From Geosiphon pyriformis uo1 (Eukaryota > Fungi > Glomeromycota), in the NCBI GenBank assembly GCA_016748015.1, contig JAAOMT010000183.1:242052-306051 (forward strand): a stretch of 64,000 nucleotides of DNA, written 5' to 3'. Numbering within the stretch: position 1 is the stretch's first letter; the number at the start of each line of letters is the position of its first letter. Shown piece by piece: positions 1 to 13,327 of this stretch. The notes beneath the pieces are model-generated. The model ran no database searches. It was given only the letters and a program-made list of their open reading frames with translations, and was not told where the DNA came from. Made by a program: the position numbers and the translations under genes.

Positions 1-2
1 CT

Positions 3-497
3 ACACACTTTGCAAAAAAAGCTTGGCCACAAAACTTGAAATCCAAAGTCTCCGACCCATTGACGTTAACTCATAATCGCTTACGCATTTACTGGCGTCC
101 AGATGTTGAGAAACTCCTCAAAAGATTTCAAGCTTTGAAACCAAAAGAACGATCAATCTTCCCCGACCAAGAATCAAAAAATTTACTTTTAAAAATGCAA
201 GATTTTGAGAAAAGACGACAAGCTTACACAATTGAGATGAAAGAAAAAAAGGAACTTGTCCGAAGAACCAGGTTTGCCCGAGAAATGGAGGCTTTTGAAA
301 GGGAAAAAAATAGTGATGGTACCCCAAAATATCACTCACCAATGTTCGGGTATTGTCAGACGCATCAGAAACCCTTAAACTTTTTTATTTTCACCGAAAA
401 AGATTGGGAGAATTGGAGACGACAGATGAATAAGGAATATTATTTGATGATGGAACGAGCGAATTCTTTTAAACCAATTATGTGTAATGCTTTGTGA
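3..497 (+). CDS. 3' end of a gene truncated by the window edge; probable F-box-family protein C-terminus
   Basis: The frame is open from position 3. IYWRPDVEKLLKRFQALKPKERSIF..MQDFEKRRQA aligns by eye with LYWLSDIYKAQNEYSLLSPSETGSW..TRDAKIREKA in exon 2 of the F-box gene at 5978-7007. Confidence 0.5.
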   Translation, partial: THFAKKAWPQNLKSKVSDPLTLTHNRLRIYWRPDVEKLLKRFQALKPKERSIFPDQESKNLLLKMQDFEKRRQAYTIEMKEKKELVRRTRFAREMEAFEREKNSDGTPKYHSPMFGYCQTHQKPLNFFIFTEKDWENWRRQMNKEYYLMMERANSFKPIMCNAL

Positions 498-2969
498 AAT
501 TAGAAGCAGATAAAACTCTTCTCTTAAAAAATTTCTTATAATATCTCTTATAAAATTAAAAATTTTATAATCAAAATGGCCCCCTCCGAAACCCTATCAG
601 CTAAAATTTTCTTAGATCACCAAAATAAACAAATTTGAATAAAATAGTCAAAATACCAAAAATCAAAATTATAGCATCAAAATTTTTTTATAAAAAAACA
701 AAACCATATTTTTTACCAAATTGATTTCTTACTTTAAATTACATTTTCCATCAGAATGACTTAGTTTATTGGCTCAATTTTAAATATTTTTTGCAGTTTC
801 TGCATTTCGTCTTTTGTCACAATAATGTGATTATTGTTTTATATAATTTAAAAACTAGAGTTTTTTCTTAATCCGAAAATTGCAACACTTTAAAAACATG
901 AAATATAAAATAATTTACATAAAAAATTATACAGCTATTTCAAATAAAAAAGGTTAATTTATTTTTTCGACCATAATTTTTATGACATCATTTCAGAAAC
1001 ATTGGCCTATAAAATTAAGCATTGTTATCTTGCCCATTTTGTTTATTTTATTGCCCGCTTACAAATATTATTCGCGATCCTGTGATTTCTTTGTACTTTC
1101 TTACCTCTTTCTGCTTATAAACATTAATTTTCTCTACTTAGAAATGCAACTCAGAGCTTTCTAGCAAACTTCAAAAAATGACCCTCTTTTCTACCCATTA
1201 AGCATCCAAATAGCTTTGGAGTCTGGCACGCTCAAGGAAAAATAAGTGTTACACGAACTTTGGGCGAAGTTCGCCTTTATAACATAGAAAATCTCTTCTC
1301 AACTGTTAAAATTTTTGGATCCTGCAGCTATATTTACGCTTGAGGTTTGAGCCTATAACAATGATAGTAGCTTGAACAACAGAAACAACATTATAAACAG
1401 TTCTATCCTTCTTACTAAATCATCATTGATGTTGCCAGTGAAATTAATTTCAAAAAATCTGGCTTTAAAATCTTGGAATTCTCATGCCGAGTTTTATTCA
1501 CTTCTATATATCACATTAATATGTTTTTTTTTAATTGGACAGGTTGTGGTTGCTCATTGTAACCAATTCTGTCATTTTACATACAATATCTTTGAACACA
1601 TCTTTTATCTCAATGGCACAAAAATCATGGTGGTTTATTCTTAGAAAATAATGGATCAACCTTTATTATCACAGCTCAAAAGGTTGGCCAAAGATATACT
1701 TACAATTAATATTGTTTTTATTTGTTTTATGCAAAAATCAATGTAAGGGCATTGATAATAGAATGCAGAACTTCAGAGCAAAGTATATTGTTCAAAAATT
1801 AATTAACTGCTTAGAATACAAAAAATAAATAAAGTATGAGTCATTGTTGGTTTCTTTGATAAAAATATTCAAAAAGAGCATAATACATTAAATTATATTG
1901 GCCAATCATATTGAAAAAATAGATTAATATTCGGTCAATAAAAGATAGCTTCAAAAGCTGAAATTAAAAATACCCACTGTTATACTCTATAAGAAGTCTG
2001 ACCTTAAAATTTTGAAAGCTTCAAAGAATAAGAAACCAAATAATACTTCTTTATTAACTTATTAGAATTACCACAATAATGCTCAAAAACGATAAAATTG
2101 ACAGACATTATAAACATTGAGCTCTGCAACAATGCTGGTTCTAATTGGACACGGAAAATTGTACATATGAATAACGCGTTCGTGAGTTTGTTGAATAACT
2201 ATTAATAGTTAATATTGTTTATCAAAGTCCATTCGTTATATAAGGTGATGAATCACGATTTACTTTTCCAAACCGTATTCAAAACTTGGTATCGTCAGTC
2301 GTTTTTCCCAAAAAGAATTAGGACTATTATTTAGAGTCAATGAAAAGGTTGACTGCCATATTTATATTCAATCTAAATTTAATGAAAAAAAGCCTCTGTT
2401 TATATTGTCAAAGATGTTCAAGACTGGATCAAACAAAATTAGATTAAAACTGACCTTCTTAATCTCCCAACTTGAACTTTGATAAAAGAGTTTGAAGAAT
2501 TCGCAATTAACTTTTGTATCCAAATCTTGGCGATCTTGAAAAAAAATTGCAAGAAGAATCGGTCGCAACTTCTACAGATACATATAAAATTTATTGAAAG
2601 CATACAAAAGAATTAGGAATAAAAATTTAAAATAAGAAAATCTCATGGAAAAACTATGGATCAAAGAGATTTAACTTAATGCTTGAAATAGCATTCAATT
2701 GTCATCCCAGAATTAGTATTTTCAATCATTCCTTTAATTCTATTTCACGTTCACCCATTTTAAATAAAAATGGAATTTTTAACCTCTTAAACTTGAATTC
2801 TTTTCATACCAATAATTGCTCCATGTTTATAAAGCGTGGTCACATATATAGTCATAAAAACAATAAATACGGAGTTCATTGTAATATTCAGATTAATTCA
2901 ACAATTTTTGGAAAATTGCTTTCAATTATTGCTGAGTCCTTTCTAATGCCGATAAAAAAATTTCATTTC

Positions 2970-4499
2970 TCAGGCTGTACTCTTAACTTTCCTGCCAAAT
3001 CCAATCTGAGGTATACTTGTGTCATACACACTGATTACATTTTTTAAAAATGGAACCCCTACAATCCAAGGTGAAGTAGGAGAAGAACTAGAAGAAATTC
3101 CTGAAACACAAACATCTTTGTCAAGTCGTTGAGATGTCATATCTCTTAGGTGAAGCGGGAATTCAGCTCCTTTGAATACGAATGAAATAATGCTTTGTGT
3201 GTCGCACTATTACATGAAGAGTAAATTAAATTTTAAAAGTAGAAAGAAATGCTTAAATTATGAATCAAACCTTTATGAGCCAATATCTCTCGGCTCTCTG
3301 AGCACCCGGAGCAAAAAGATCATGAATCATTTCTGCATCTTTCTCAGGCATTTCAATAAATTTAAACCCTATAAAACCAAACATAATTTAATTTTACATA
3401 AATGAACAGAATTATGTAAAGGTTTTTCATAGTTACCAGAATTAATAGAGAAGCCTCTCGTCCCTAATTGCAGCGACCTCCCATCAACGAGCACATCTTC
3501 CAGAGCCACCTCCCAATCATTTTGTACAAACATTCGTGGATACACTATCCCTCCACTACCTCCTTCAATCATCTCTGTCATAATCCCACCAAGCAAAAGC
3601 TCACCACCAGGAGATTTTTCATCTTCTTTCTGCTCTGGATTTTTTCTTATCAAATTGATTGAAAATACCGGTTTCACAATGCCTTCTCGATTCTTAACAA
3701 TCTCGTCAAATAACATTTGATAAACAGTACATTTTGGACGTAGCCCAAAGACGCCCCCTCTCTCATAATGTTGTTGAACAATACTCATTCCAAATTTCTG
3801 TTGATTCAGAATTAAGCTTTCGCCTAGCTGTATTTCTTCAATCCCAACTTGACATTGAACTTTTCCTCCAAGATAACTAGCTCCAAAGGTTTCATTAGTT
3901 TTATTGTATGTTTTGGATTGGGTATAATCATATTTTTGACCATTGCATGATTTATCGCCTAAATTAGTTTGACAATCTCGACCGCGAACCCAGTACCAAC
4001 ACGAACTGGTGTCAAGAAGCTGCAGAAATTTTATGCCACCAATTTTCACTTGTGCGAAAAAGGTGTCAGTCCCATCGTTAATTAAGGGTACTGAAAATTT
4101 GTCGCTGGTTGTATTGGGTATTAAGGAATTATCAGCAAGAGAGGAGAGTAAATTTGTTTGGTCGTTCAAGAATTCCGAGTTTTCAAGAGTTCCAATAGAC
4201 TCGTAGGGTTCTTGATCATCAAAGGTCTTACTTATTTCGTATGGAAAGCTTATTTCATCATTATCTGGTTCGAGGTTTATGTCAGAATAAAGATTTGATT
4301 GCAAAGGGAGGTTATCACATAGAAATAATTTATCTTGATCACATCTACGCTCAAGTTTTGGAATACGTCTTGGTAGTAACTTCCTTGATGGTATATAATT
4401 CAAGTTGGCTAGATTTTTACTTTTAACTGTGGCTTGGATCACGAGTATCATAAAATTCGCACAAATACATATTTCTAAAACAAAAAACCAGGATTTCAT
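2970..4499 (-). CDS. Secreted pepsin-like (A1) aspartic protease homologue, probably catalytically inactive; 3 exons
   Basis: Signal peptide MKSWFFVLEICICANFMILVIQA and an acidic pro-region. Motifs FFAQVKIG..LLDTSS.WYWV, YDYTQSKTY, VFSINL, GGELLLGG, FSINSG, WIVGVPFLKNVISVYD..IGFG. GT-AG introns at 3369-3436 and 3207-3270 give a continuous frame to TGA at 2970. Confidence 0.9.
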
Positions 4500-5977
4500 T
4501 CTTGTTAAAAAAAAGGTTTCAAAGTTTCCAAAAACCAAGAAAAATACTGGGTATTATCCTGTGAGAAAAAAGCTCGAAATTGATTTTAAATATTTATGAT
4601 GATGAACATAATATTTTTATTGAATAATTCTCTTTGGTATCTTGGTTGGACATAATAGATAAATTTGAAAAATACTCTGGTTCTAATATTACTTCTTCGA
4701 AGACCAAATATATTTGAATCATCTATTAAAATAAACAAAAAATAAGTTCAAGATAGTGCGATGTGCAGATTTGATTTTCAATACTCCAATCCAAAGTCTA
4801 ACCACTGTGATTCAAATTTTTGGGCCAATTGTACGTTCAAAGAAATTTCCAGGCAGGACATAATTGCGCGCAACCTTTCAGATCTAAACAAGTAATCTTG
4901 CACTTATTGACCAGATAATCCCATCGACTAATCGCTAAGGTTCCTGGTTTCTACCACATTATCTTTATCCATATTATATTGTGCAAGTATACCTGAAAAA
5001 TTGGATTTCAATTCCAACTGGAAATATTCAAATGCTGTTCAATTCAATAAATTACTTTTGACTATGACTTTTAAAAAAAATTTTCAGTGTTCGATTTCCT
5101 TGCAAATCATAATGAAAATCGAGATTTTATGTGAATTATTTGAAAATACATATTTTTGGATTAATATTATCAAGGTTACCTAATCCTTGATTAATACCCG
5201 CCAGATCGCTAGCTTTAGTTTAGCATCCTTAATATTGAAAGAATATTTTTCTTTGCACAACATATTTGTGATTCCCATTTTTTCCCAACTCCCGTGACCA
5301 AAATAGTTCTTGCATTTATCATTTTGGAGACGGTAAAAGCTTTCTTTGAATAAATTCTTTCAATTGCCCATTTTCATGGTTCACTTGATCTTAAGTGGGG
5401 AATCAAAAATTTACACAAAATTATCTTTTCGAACCAGTTGTCAAAGATGAGGAAACATAACTTTAATTGTACCCCACGTTAGTGGCTGTATGCTAGTAGC
5501 AGGTAAATTTAAAAATGCAGATGGATAGATGGTGATAAGTTCTGTAAACGAAGTGCTAGAATTCTTTTGGGATCAGATAATTTACACAAAACCATGGTAA
5601 AATGTGGCATTGAAAATAAAGGAAAAAATCAGTGAGTTAAATCCCAATATTTTTCGTAGTACAAATATCCCGCGAGAAAGGAACCGGAATTAACTTGAAT
5701 TCTGAGAAATTCTTTGAAAAAGTATTTTTGAAATTCAAAATTTTTTGAACCGTTATCAATTAAATGCTTAAATTAATTTTCGTCTCCAAATTGATTTACA
5801 GCCCCATGGTTTTGGTCAAAAATTTAACATTTTGAGAAGCCGTAATTGTCTTAATGAAAAAGTAAAAAGGCAGAATTTATTGAGGATTTTTCATTTTATC
5901 AGATTAATTGATTTGATTAAACTAACTTTAAATTTTCTATTTATTTAATATTTACAAATACAAGAAAATATATTATG

Positions 5978-7007
5978 CTAATGGCCTGTTAATTTTCGAC
6001 AAAACCCAGACCAAACACTCACAGAAAAACCAGTTGTTCTTTTACTCACTCTGAGACATTCACGTTTCATTGCCATACGCCACTCATCCCATACTTCTTC
6101 TTCCCAGTCTGGGTCAAAATACTGTTCCCATTCCTGATAGGTCACTGATCTTGTTACACTTTTTGTTTCACACTTTAATTCCTCACCAAGCTCTTTTAAC
6201 ATCATCCATGCACGTCTGGTCCAATTTTCGAAACTTATTCGTAAGCCTACATCCAAGCCGTTTTGGTAAGAAAGATGATTAAACGCTTTTTCCCTAATTT
6301 TTGCGTCACGAGTTATTTGTTGGGCGGTTTCATGCTTTTCGATTAGCCAGCTGCCAGTTTCCGATGGTGAGAGGAGGGAATACTCATTTTGGGCTTTGTA
6401 GATATCTGAAAGCCAGTACAAACGGTAGCCACATGGATGGATGTAAGGTAGACAGGCAAGAACAGCTTTACTGATTTTTCCTTCTTTTAAGATTTTATGT
6501 TTGCTGCCAAATTAAATGTAAAAGATGATGAATTTAATAAAGATTTTAAAGAGAAAAATTCACAGCGCCAATATTTATGATAAATCCCGAATTAAATTCT
6601 CACCTTACAGTTCTTGCAATTAAACAATTTATACAGCAACGCACACGAAAAACCCAATAAACCTGTGAAGAAACTATGACATCCTTGGAATGACAGAATT
6701 CACATTTATTTGTGAACATTGATAACCATATGTATCGTTGCTCGCACATGCCTTGAGGTGGTGGCAGGATACAATGGGGTAGGAATCGTTGCCTTGACGA
6801 GCGCCATATCTTTTGGGTTACGCTTGATATTGTGGAGCTGAGAAATTCACGGTAGAGCCGGCAAACTTTCGAGAGCGAAAATAAGTATTGTGGCTTTAAG
6901 TGTTCACATATCGAAAGGAATACTTCAGGTGGGATTTTTTGTGCTTTTGAGGGATAAGGTTTTGATTGTAAGGCAGTTGTTTTTAGTGAGCACCTTTTTT
7001 GTGACAT
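5978..7007 (-). CDS. F-box protein, 2 exons
   Basis: F-box KIPPEVFLSICEHLKPQYLFSLSKVCRLYR, then IWRSSR..PPPQGMCEQRY, CEFC and RCCINC. An intron at about 6504-6603 joins ORFs 6600-7007 and 5978-6421. Confidence 0.85.
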
Positions 7008-8704
7008 TGTACCTTAAATTTATTGGAGTTTAAGAAACGAAGTTGAGAAAAGAAATTGTTAATTTATGGTGAAAAATGATGTTAAAATCACCCTTTAAAA
7101 ACAAGCGAAACAATAATACTGCAATTTCCATTCTGCTAATATATATGAAGTTAAAGAAATAATGCCACTATCCAAGTATTGTAAGTTGTTCCATTGTCAT
7201 TTTATCTTCACACAGCGCTCTAACAGAAAACTTTGATTGTTACCGTCTCACCATCAATCACTAATTAATGCCCCCAGGCACATATGCATGAGTACAATGA
7301 AAAAGGCAGCTGGCAAGTCACACAGCACGTTTGTTCTAATTCAATTCTTGCCAACTTTGGAAATGTTGGACAATGCTTGGGAATAACCGGATTCTTGTTA
7401 AATATAGGAACGTCAGGTATGTTTTACTGGGTGTTTACCAGACGCCATATATTGTATTTGTTGAATGTCTCTACACCTGAAGATTGTTCTACTGCTTTTC
7501 TATTATTCTTTTTGGTCAAAATTACATGCATCATGTCATCATCTTTCATGCATTTAACCATTAAATTCAATGAAAGCAATTATTTTCTCTGAACGTCCAC
7601 TTGGAAAGGGATAAATTGAAGTGAAATTAACTCTCATCATTTTGATCAAAGCAGTTCGAATATGAGCTTGTAGGAGAAAGCCTATTGGGATTCTCGAGTT
7701 TTTATGCAATTTCTTGATTCAATGAGTCTTTTATCAGAAATATGTAATAGTGAGCTAAGAGGGTATATTAAATCTGTGCATATGCGCAATTTTAATACTT
7801 AAAGCTCGTGAAAATTTAATTTGGATAATAGTTGCTGATAGAATCGATCGATCGATTGACCTTAGATTTAATACGCGATTTTCGTTCCTTAGTTATGATT
7901 TTTACGAGATCATAGGCTTCCTTTGATTGTAAATACTTCAAAAATCTTTATTTACTATGAACAATTTTAAGAAATTAGGGGTGAATAGTCAATATAATAG
8001 TTGGTTAGGGTTTAAATATGTGTTGTTTACTTGATTAGCGTCATTTACCTAACAAGTTCTCAACCACTTTCCTTAAATTCGAGTCATTAATGGGAGCCTG
8101 GTTCCTTTCGGGAAAGTTGAAACTAAGAATCCTAAATTTTATATATTCAATAAGTTTACCTATGAAAGCCTGTATCCCTTAAAACTTATGTTTTCCGATT
8201 CAAAGCGAGCTCATTAAATATATAAAGTGTAAAATTGTCCAAATAAAAATTTATTTTAAATGAATTCTATTCGTAGAAGTTTATTATATTGGATTAAAGC
8301 TTTTAGTCGATTGCAATGCAACCAACTGCAAAATTAGGACCCTAAAAACGTGGCTGATAAGATATTTTCCTAAAGTAGATTTACTGCGTTATTTTTCAAC
8401 AAATAATTTCTGTTCAAAGCACGCAAGTCTATCTGAAATCATGATCAAATTTACACAATAAGAAATTTTTTAAGCTATTAAAATACTTGAAACCAGCTAG
8501 GATTATGCAATATTAGCTGCATGAAGGAATTCAACATTAAAAAGTTTTTCAAAAGTATTAAAAACCATGTTATTTCATTATTGAACTCAAACCGAATCAT
8601 GAAGCTCGAAAACACAAAATTTACGATTTATAACGAAAGATGAGCATGGTTAATTTAGGTAAGAGACAACAAATTCAATAATTTATGAAGTGATAATTCG
8701 AAAA

Positions 8705-9699
8705 TCAAGCTGCGTGTAACCTTCTTTCCGACTTAAATTTCCGATAGCGATAGGAATCTCTTCTATTGCCGTCCCAAATTGTTTCCGAGACTTTTGCGCG
8801 ATTGCCCTTCAATTCTGTATTTACTTGATCAGGGGTCGAATTTTCAGATGAATCCTGAGATTGAGATTTCCAATTTTTTTGAAAAAAAACTGAATCACGA
8901 ATATGATCTTGAATCTTTGTCAAAGAACGTTCAGGCATCGATTCTCGTATTTTTTCCCAATCTTCCCCAAATTTCTGAAGTGTCTTGAGCAATATTTGAT
9001 TCTCCTCAGGGGTGAAACGAGTTGTTGTGATCGTTGGATCCAAGTGATTAGAGTAACGTTTGGATATTTGGACAAATGATTTTTTACCATGAAATAGATG
9101 ACTTATTTTGACCCATCGTTTGCCATATTGTTGAACTAATTTCATCAATTCCTCATCTTCCTCTTTGGTCCATCTACGAGATATTTGCTTTTGGGATGAA
9201 CTGCAATAATGATGTGCCATCTTTTTAACTTTTCTGACCGATGATTTGGTTGTCTGATTTATTATTCATACCTTTTTAATGCTGGTACTCGTTCAATATC
9301 CTCTTCTTGTATTCCCTTTAGGGCTTCAATATCATTCAAAGTTAAAAAAGTATTTCCTCGCTCCTTTTTCAACTTTGACCATTTACAATGCAAAGCGGAT
9401 ACAGTTCGCCAAGGAAAATACTTTTTACAGACCAGTTTCCAATTTGAGCCATGTTCTTTATAGGCTTGAATTAAGTTTTCCTCTTCCTCAATACTCCATC
9501 TCCGAATATACTCTAGGCCAGACGCGTTAATGTCGGTTGATTCGGTCAATTCGTTCAATTTATCTTGCCTCATTAAATATTGCATATTCCCCATTGTGCT
9601 ATATAAATGAGTATGCATTCCAAAGGGTCTGATGTAGATCATCGTAAAAGTCTCCTTGAAATTAGAGCAAAAGAGGACTCTGCAAGAGTTTTTCAACAT
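8705..9699 (-). CDS. Three-repeat Myb/SANT protein with presequence-like N-terminus (Myb-A); 2 exons
   Basis: Repeats RWSIEEEENL..HGSNWKLVCKKYFPWRT, RWTKEEDEEL..YGKRWVKI and RFTPEENQIL..FGEDWEKI. A 71-nt GTATGA..TGCAG intron at 9201-9271 joins ORFs 9262-9738 and 8705-9220 in frame. First ATG at 9699. Confidence 0.9.
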
Positions 9700-9781
9700 G
9701 CTTGAATGAAAATTTTTACTGAACCAGATGCTGGTCACAGATAAATGGGAAAATAAACATACGGTGTGACCAAATCCTGTG

Positions 9782-9811
9782 TTTATATATTAACCTGGAC
9801 AAAATCACGTG
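9782..9811 (-). promoter_or_regulatory. Candidate TATA box and CACGTG E-box upstream of Myb-A
   Basis: TATATAAA on the minus strand at 9782-9789 and CACGTG at 9806-9811, about 85-110 bp upstream of the ATG. Confidence 0.3.
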
Positions 9812-10141
9812 GATCTGGTTTGTTACACTGTGTGATACATGTATTATGGGGAAATAGATGATATGCATGGCCTAATTTTATTTCCAATTTAAAATCAATA
9901 TTACACATATAATTGGAATCAAAATAGTGGATGTAGAGAATCGTAATAGAAATTTACAAAAATCTTGTGACAATTCATTTAATAAAAGTGGTTTGAAAAT
10001 TGAATATTTGAAAGATATTAATTTTTAGTTTATCTTTTCGAAGCAAAATTCAGGACTTTTGTAAATAAAGGGACATTCAACCTCTTTCTAATCAAAATCT
10101 TCCATAACTTTTAGGATTTGTTAAAATCCTGATCAAATTCC

Positions 10142-10945
10142 TTAACTCGTAACTATTTCCTGAGTCGAAGTCCGGGATGAAGGATTGAGATGCTTTTGAA
10201 AACAATATGAATTGTGATAATGAGTTTGAATCCTTCTTAAAGAACGTCCGGGTAGTAATTTAGTAATGTATTTCCAATCTTCACCAACTTTTTGAATCGC
10301 GTTAAGCAATATTTGATTTTCGTCAGGGGTAAAACGTTTTTTATTGATCGCTGGATCCAAATAATTGCAGTAACGTCGGCACATTTGAACATGAGATTTC
10401 TCGGTTTTAAAGAGATGACTTATTTTGATCCATCGTTTACCGTACAGTTGAACCAAAGTGAACAATTCCTCATCTTCTTCTTCTGTCCATCCTCTGTATT
10501 TTTGCTTTGAATTTTCGTTTTTATTACCGGGTTTTGCTTCTGAGAAGGTCGCAAGATTAATTGGCCGTTTCTGAAGGCTTAAATATTTAGACTTCAAAGC
10601 GCAGTGTGTCCGCTGCGGAAAATACTTTGCAGAAATAATTTTCCAGTTGGTGCCATGCTGTTGATATGCTTCAATCAGGTTATTGCTTTCCTCGAAAGTC
10701 CATCTATCTCTACTTTTTGAGCTAGAAACTTTATTTTCGTTTGATTCTGCGGTCATCAATTTATCAAAGTTGAGAGAGCCCGAATTGCCACTTGCTGTAT
10801 ATGAATGAATATGCTGTATTCGACGAGAGTGGACTGTAATTCTAGTAAGAGATTCCTTTAGGTTTGCAAAACGAAGCGTTTCGTTGATTTTGAAGACTTT
10901 AGAGAAATCAAATCGCATAGTTGATCTTCTGATTGTTAAAGACAT
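10142..10945 (-). CDS. Three-repeat Myb/SANT protein with presequence-like N-terminus (Myb-B); tandem paralogue of Myb-A
   Basis: Repeats RWTFEESNNL..HGTNWKIISAKYFPQRT, GWTEEEDEEL..YGKRWIKISHLF and NYLDPAINKKRFTPDENQIL. R2-R3 is strongly similar to Myb-A. Intronless. Confidence 0.92.
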   Translation of the reverse strand: MSLTIRRSTMRFDFSKVFKINETLRFANLKESLTRITVHSRRIQHIHSYTASGNSGSLNFDKLMTAESNENKVSSSKSRDRWTFEESNNLIEAYQQHGTNWKIISAKYFPQRTHCALKSKYLSLQKRPINLATFSEAKPGNKNENSKQKYRGWTEEEDEELFTLVQLYGKRWIKISHLFKTEKSHVQMCRRYCNYLDPAINKKRFTPDENQILLNAIQKVGEDWKYITKLLPGRSLRRIQTHYHNSYCFQKHLNPSSRTSTQEIVTS

Positions 10946-13327
10946 GCCTTTTTTTGGTGAAAAAGGGTCTACAATAGAAGTAGGAAATAAGCTGAATATA
11001 AATATTTACTCTGTCGATATACTTGCAGTAGGCAACGTTTCCTCTTTAAGCCTATAAAAAATTAATTATGACCAAATATTGCGGGTATCAGACAAAATTA
11101 ATACAGGGTAAACCACCCAAATGCTTCTGACCAGGGTGATTTTCACCAATCTGGTACCAAATCATTTAATGTTTATCAATCGGGAAATATGACACGCTCA
11201 ATGCGATCATTCCCCAATTTTCTCTATTGATCAAAATTCAAAAAGGGTTTAAAAAAGAAATAACCAGCCAAGTCATTGAATAAGGGTAATGAAAACTTGG
11301 CAAATTTTCAAATTAATTGCTCACATAACATTAAAAAGGGGTATTTAAGGTTGTGAGTCAAGATTTTAATTTAAAAATGTCAAATTTTGAAACATTGTGA
11401 TATACGACAAGAGTTTATGCGGTACTGTTTAACTAAACATTTTATTTCAACTTTAGAATTATTTGTATCACATTTTACCTCATTCGCATTAATCAAAAAA
11501 GTTAAATTCAAAATATTAACCAAAAAGGTAGCTCGTTTTTGAGTTACAGCTATTTAATATATTAAAAAATTTAGAATGAATATGGACCAACCATGAATTT
11601 TTAGAATTTTTAGTATTTCAATTTTCAACACCATTTACAAATAAATATTTGTGTTATTTATCAAAATTCTTATAATATTTTAGTTAAGCAGCCAAAATTA
11701 TTTTATATTTAAACTTTCATAGATTAATTATTAAATTTTATATTAAATGTCAATTGCTTTTTTTTAGACCTGTTTTTTTTTTGAAAAATTTATTCATATG
11801 TATTTTTTTTTGTAATCTTATGTAATTAATATTTTATCAATTTTAATCAAATATTTTTTCATAAACAATTTATTGTGTGTTATTAGCCTTAAATATTAAA
11901 ACAGTTATATTTCATAACAATTTATTATTTAATAAATATATATTATATATTTTGCGTTAAACCAAACAAAAAAAATGTATTTTATTTATTTTTTTCTATT
12001 TAAGTAAATAAAAATTTTTTTATTAATCTAAAAAAAAGTAATATAATTTTGATTTAATTGATTCCAATTCCAAAAAAAAGTTATAGTTGCTTTGATCATA
12101 CATTCTAGGCTATGTACAAATTGAGCCTTTACAAATATTTAAAAAGTGATATTTTACAATCAGAAAAAGTAATAATATTTTATTTATGTAACAAAGTATG
12201 AAATGTTATTTTTGGGTCACATTTTGTTTTGTTGATATCTAAGTTTTTCCATTTAAATTTAAAACAAAGAGTAATCTTTTGATCATTCTGGAAGGCACAA
12301 AAATTTTTGATTTTCCGAATTCTTGTGACATTAGAAGTTATTTCTTATCCTCAAAGATTCAAGTCACGATTTCTTTGATATGATTTTCATCTCGGCTCTA
12401 CCAATTACCGAATGAAGTTCAGTTGAAATAGGAGAAAAATATAATTAATTAAAGTAAATTAACATAGCAATTCGCTCATTTCATGATAATATAGCTTTAT
12501 CATCAGACTAAGACTCTAATATAAACACTTTTAGAATTGGAAATTTTTGAAAAGCACAAAAAGAAAGAATTGGATATAAATCAATATACCTAATTTCTAA
12601 AAATATATTTAGTCACAAAATTGTTTCTTTTCTTAGATTTCTAATATTTCTGCCGATGAAAATCATATCATAATCTACCAAAAACGCATGGCTTTAGGAA
12701 AATTCAATTTCTCATACTAAAGAAAAAGATTTTGTATACATTCTTCAAAAATTTAATTTCTAAAGTAAGCAAATTATCCTGTTCAAAAACAAAAATTTTT
12801 ATATTAAATTTTCCAAATTAAATACTAGAACAAGGTTTTTTCGGAGGTTGGAAAAACCCGTTTATAAGTATGAATATTATGAACAAAGAAACAGAATAAT
12901 ATTTACTATTTTTCAATCTGCCTCTTGACCTGACCAAATAAACAATATGATTGGTTTGCCGGAAAATTGAAAAAGAATCAAAATTGATAAAAGTGAAATA
13001 TAAATATCCCAAACGTGTCCGAACAAATATTTTGAATGTTTAATCCCTCGAAACTATACATTTGATTTTATGTACTATCTCTATTTTATAAACAATGTCG
13101 ATGGTAAACAAAAAATCTGAAAGGCAGTTTAGACGCATGTAGAGAACTGAAGTCTTGGCATTAGCTATATAAAATCATAAAAGCTGCTCATTGTTACAAC
13201 CGAAACCAGAGACGTCGTAAACCTTCTAAAGTTGGTTTGAGATTCTGTAAACCAAAAAAGTTGGGCGTTTTAATATTGCTTTAAGAATAATAAAATCCCA
13301 AGTGACAAAACTTCAAGAAGTCAAAAA

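Noticed and set aside
1159-2600. Short coding-like fragments on both strands
   Set aside because: They could not be spliced into a consistent frame or assigned to a family.
4700-5450. Possible decayed exons on the minus strand
   Set aside because: Multiple stops and no recognisable motif.
7284-7592. 102-aa ATG ORF upstream of the F-box gene
   Set aside because: No domain or splice support; it lies in promoter-like sequence.
7842-7857. Perfect 16-bp palindrome AATCGATCGATCGATT
   Set aside because: It is a (GATC)n simple repeat, self-complementary by construction.
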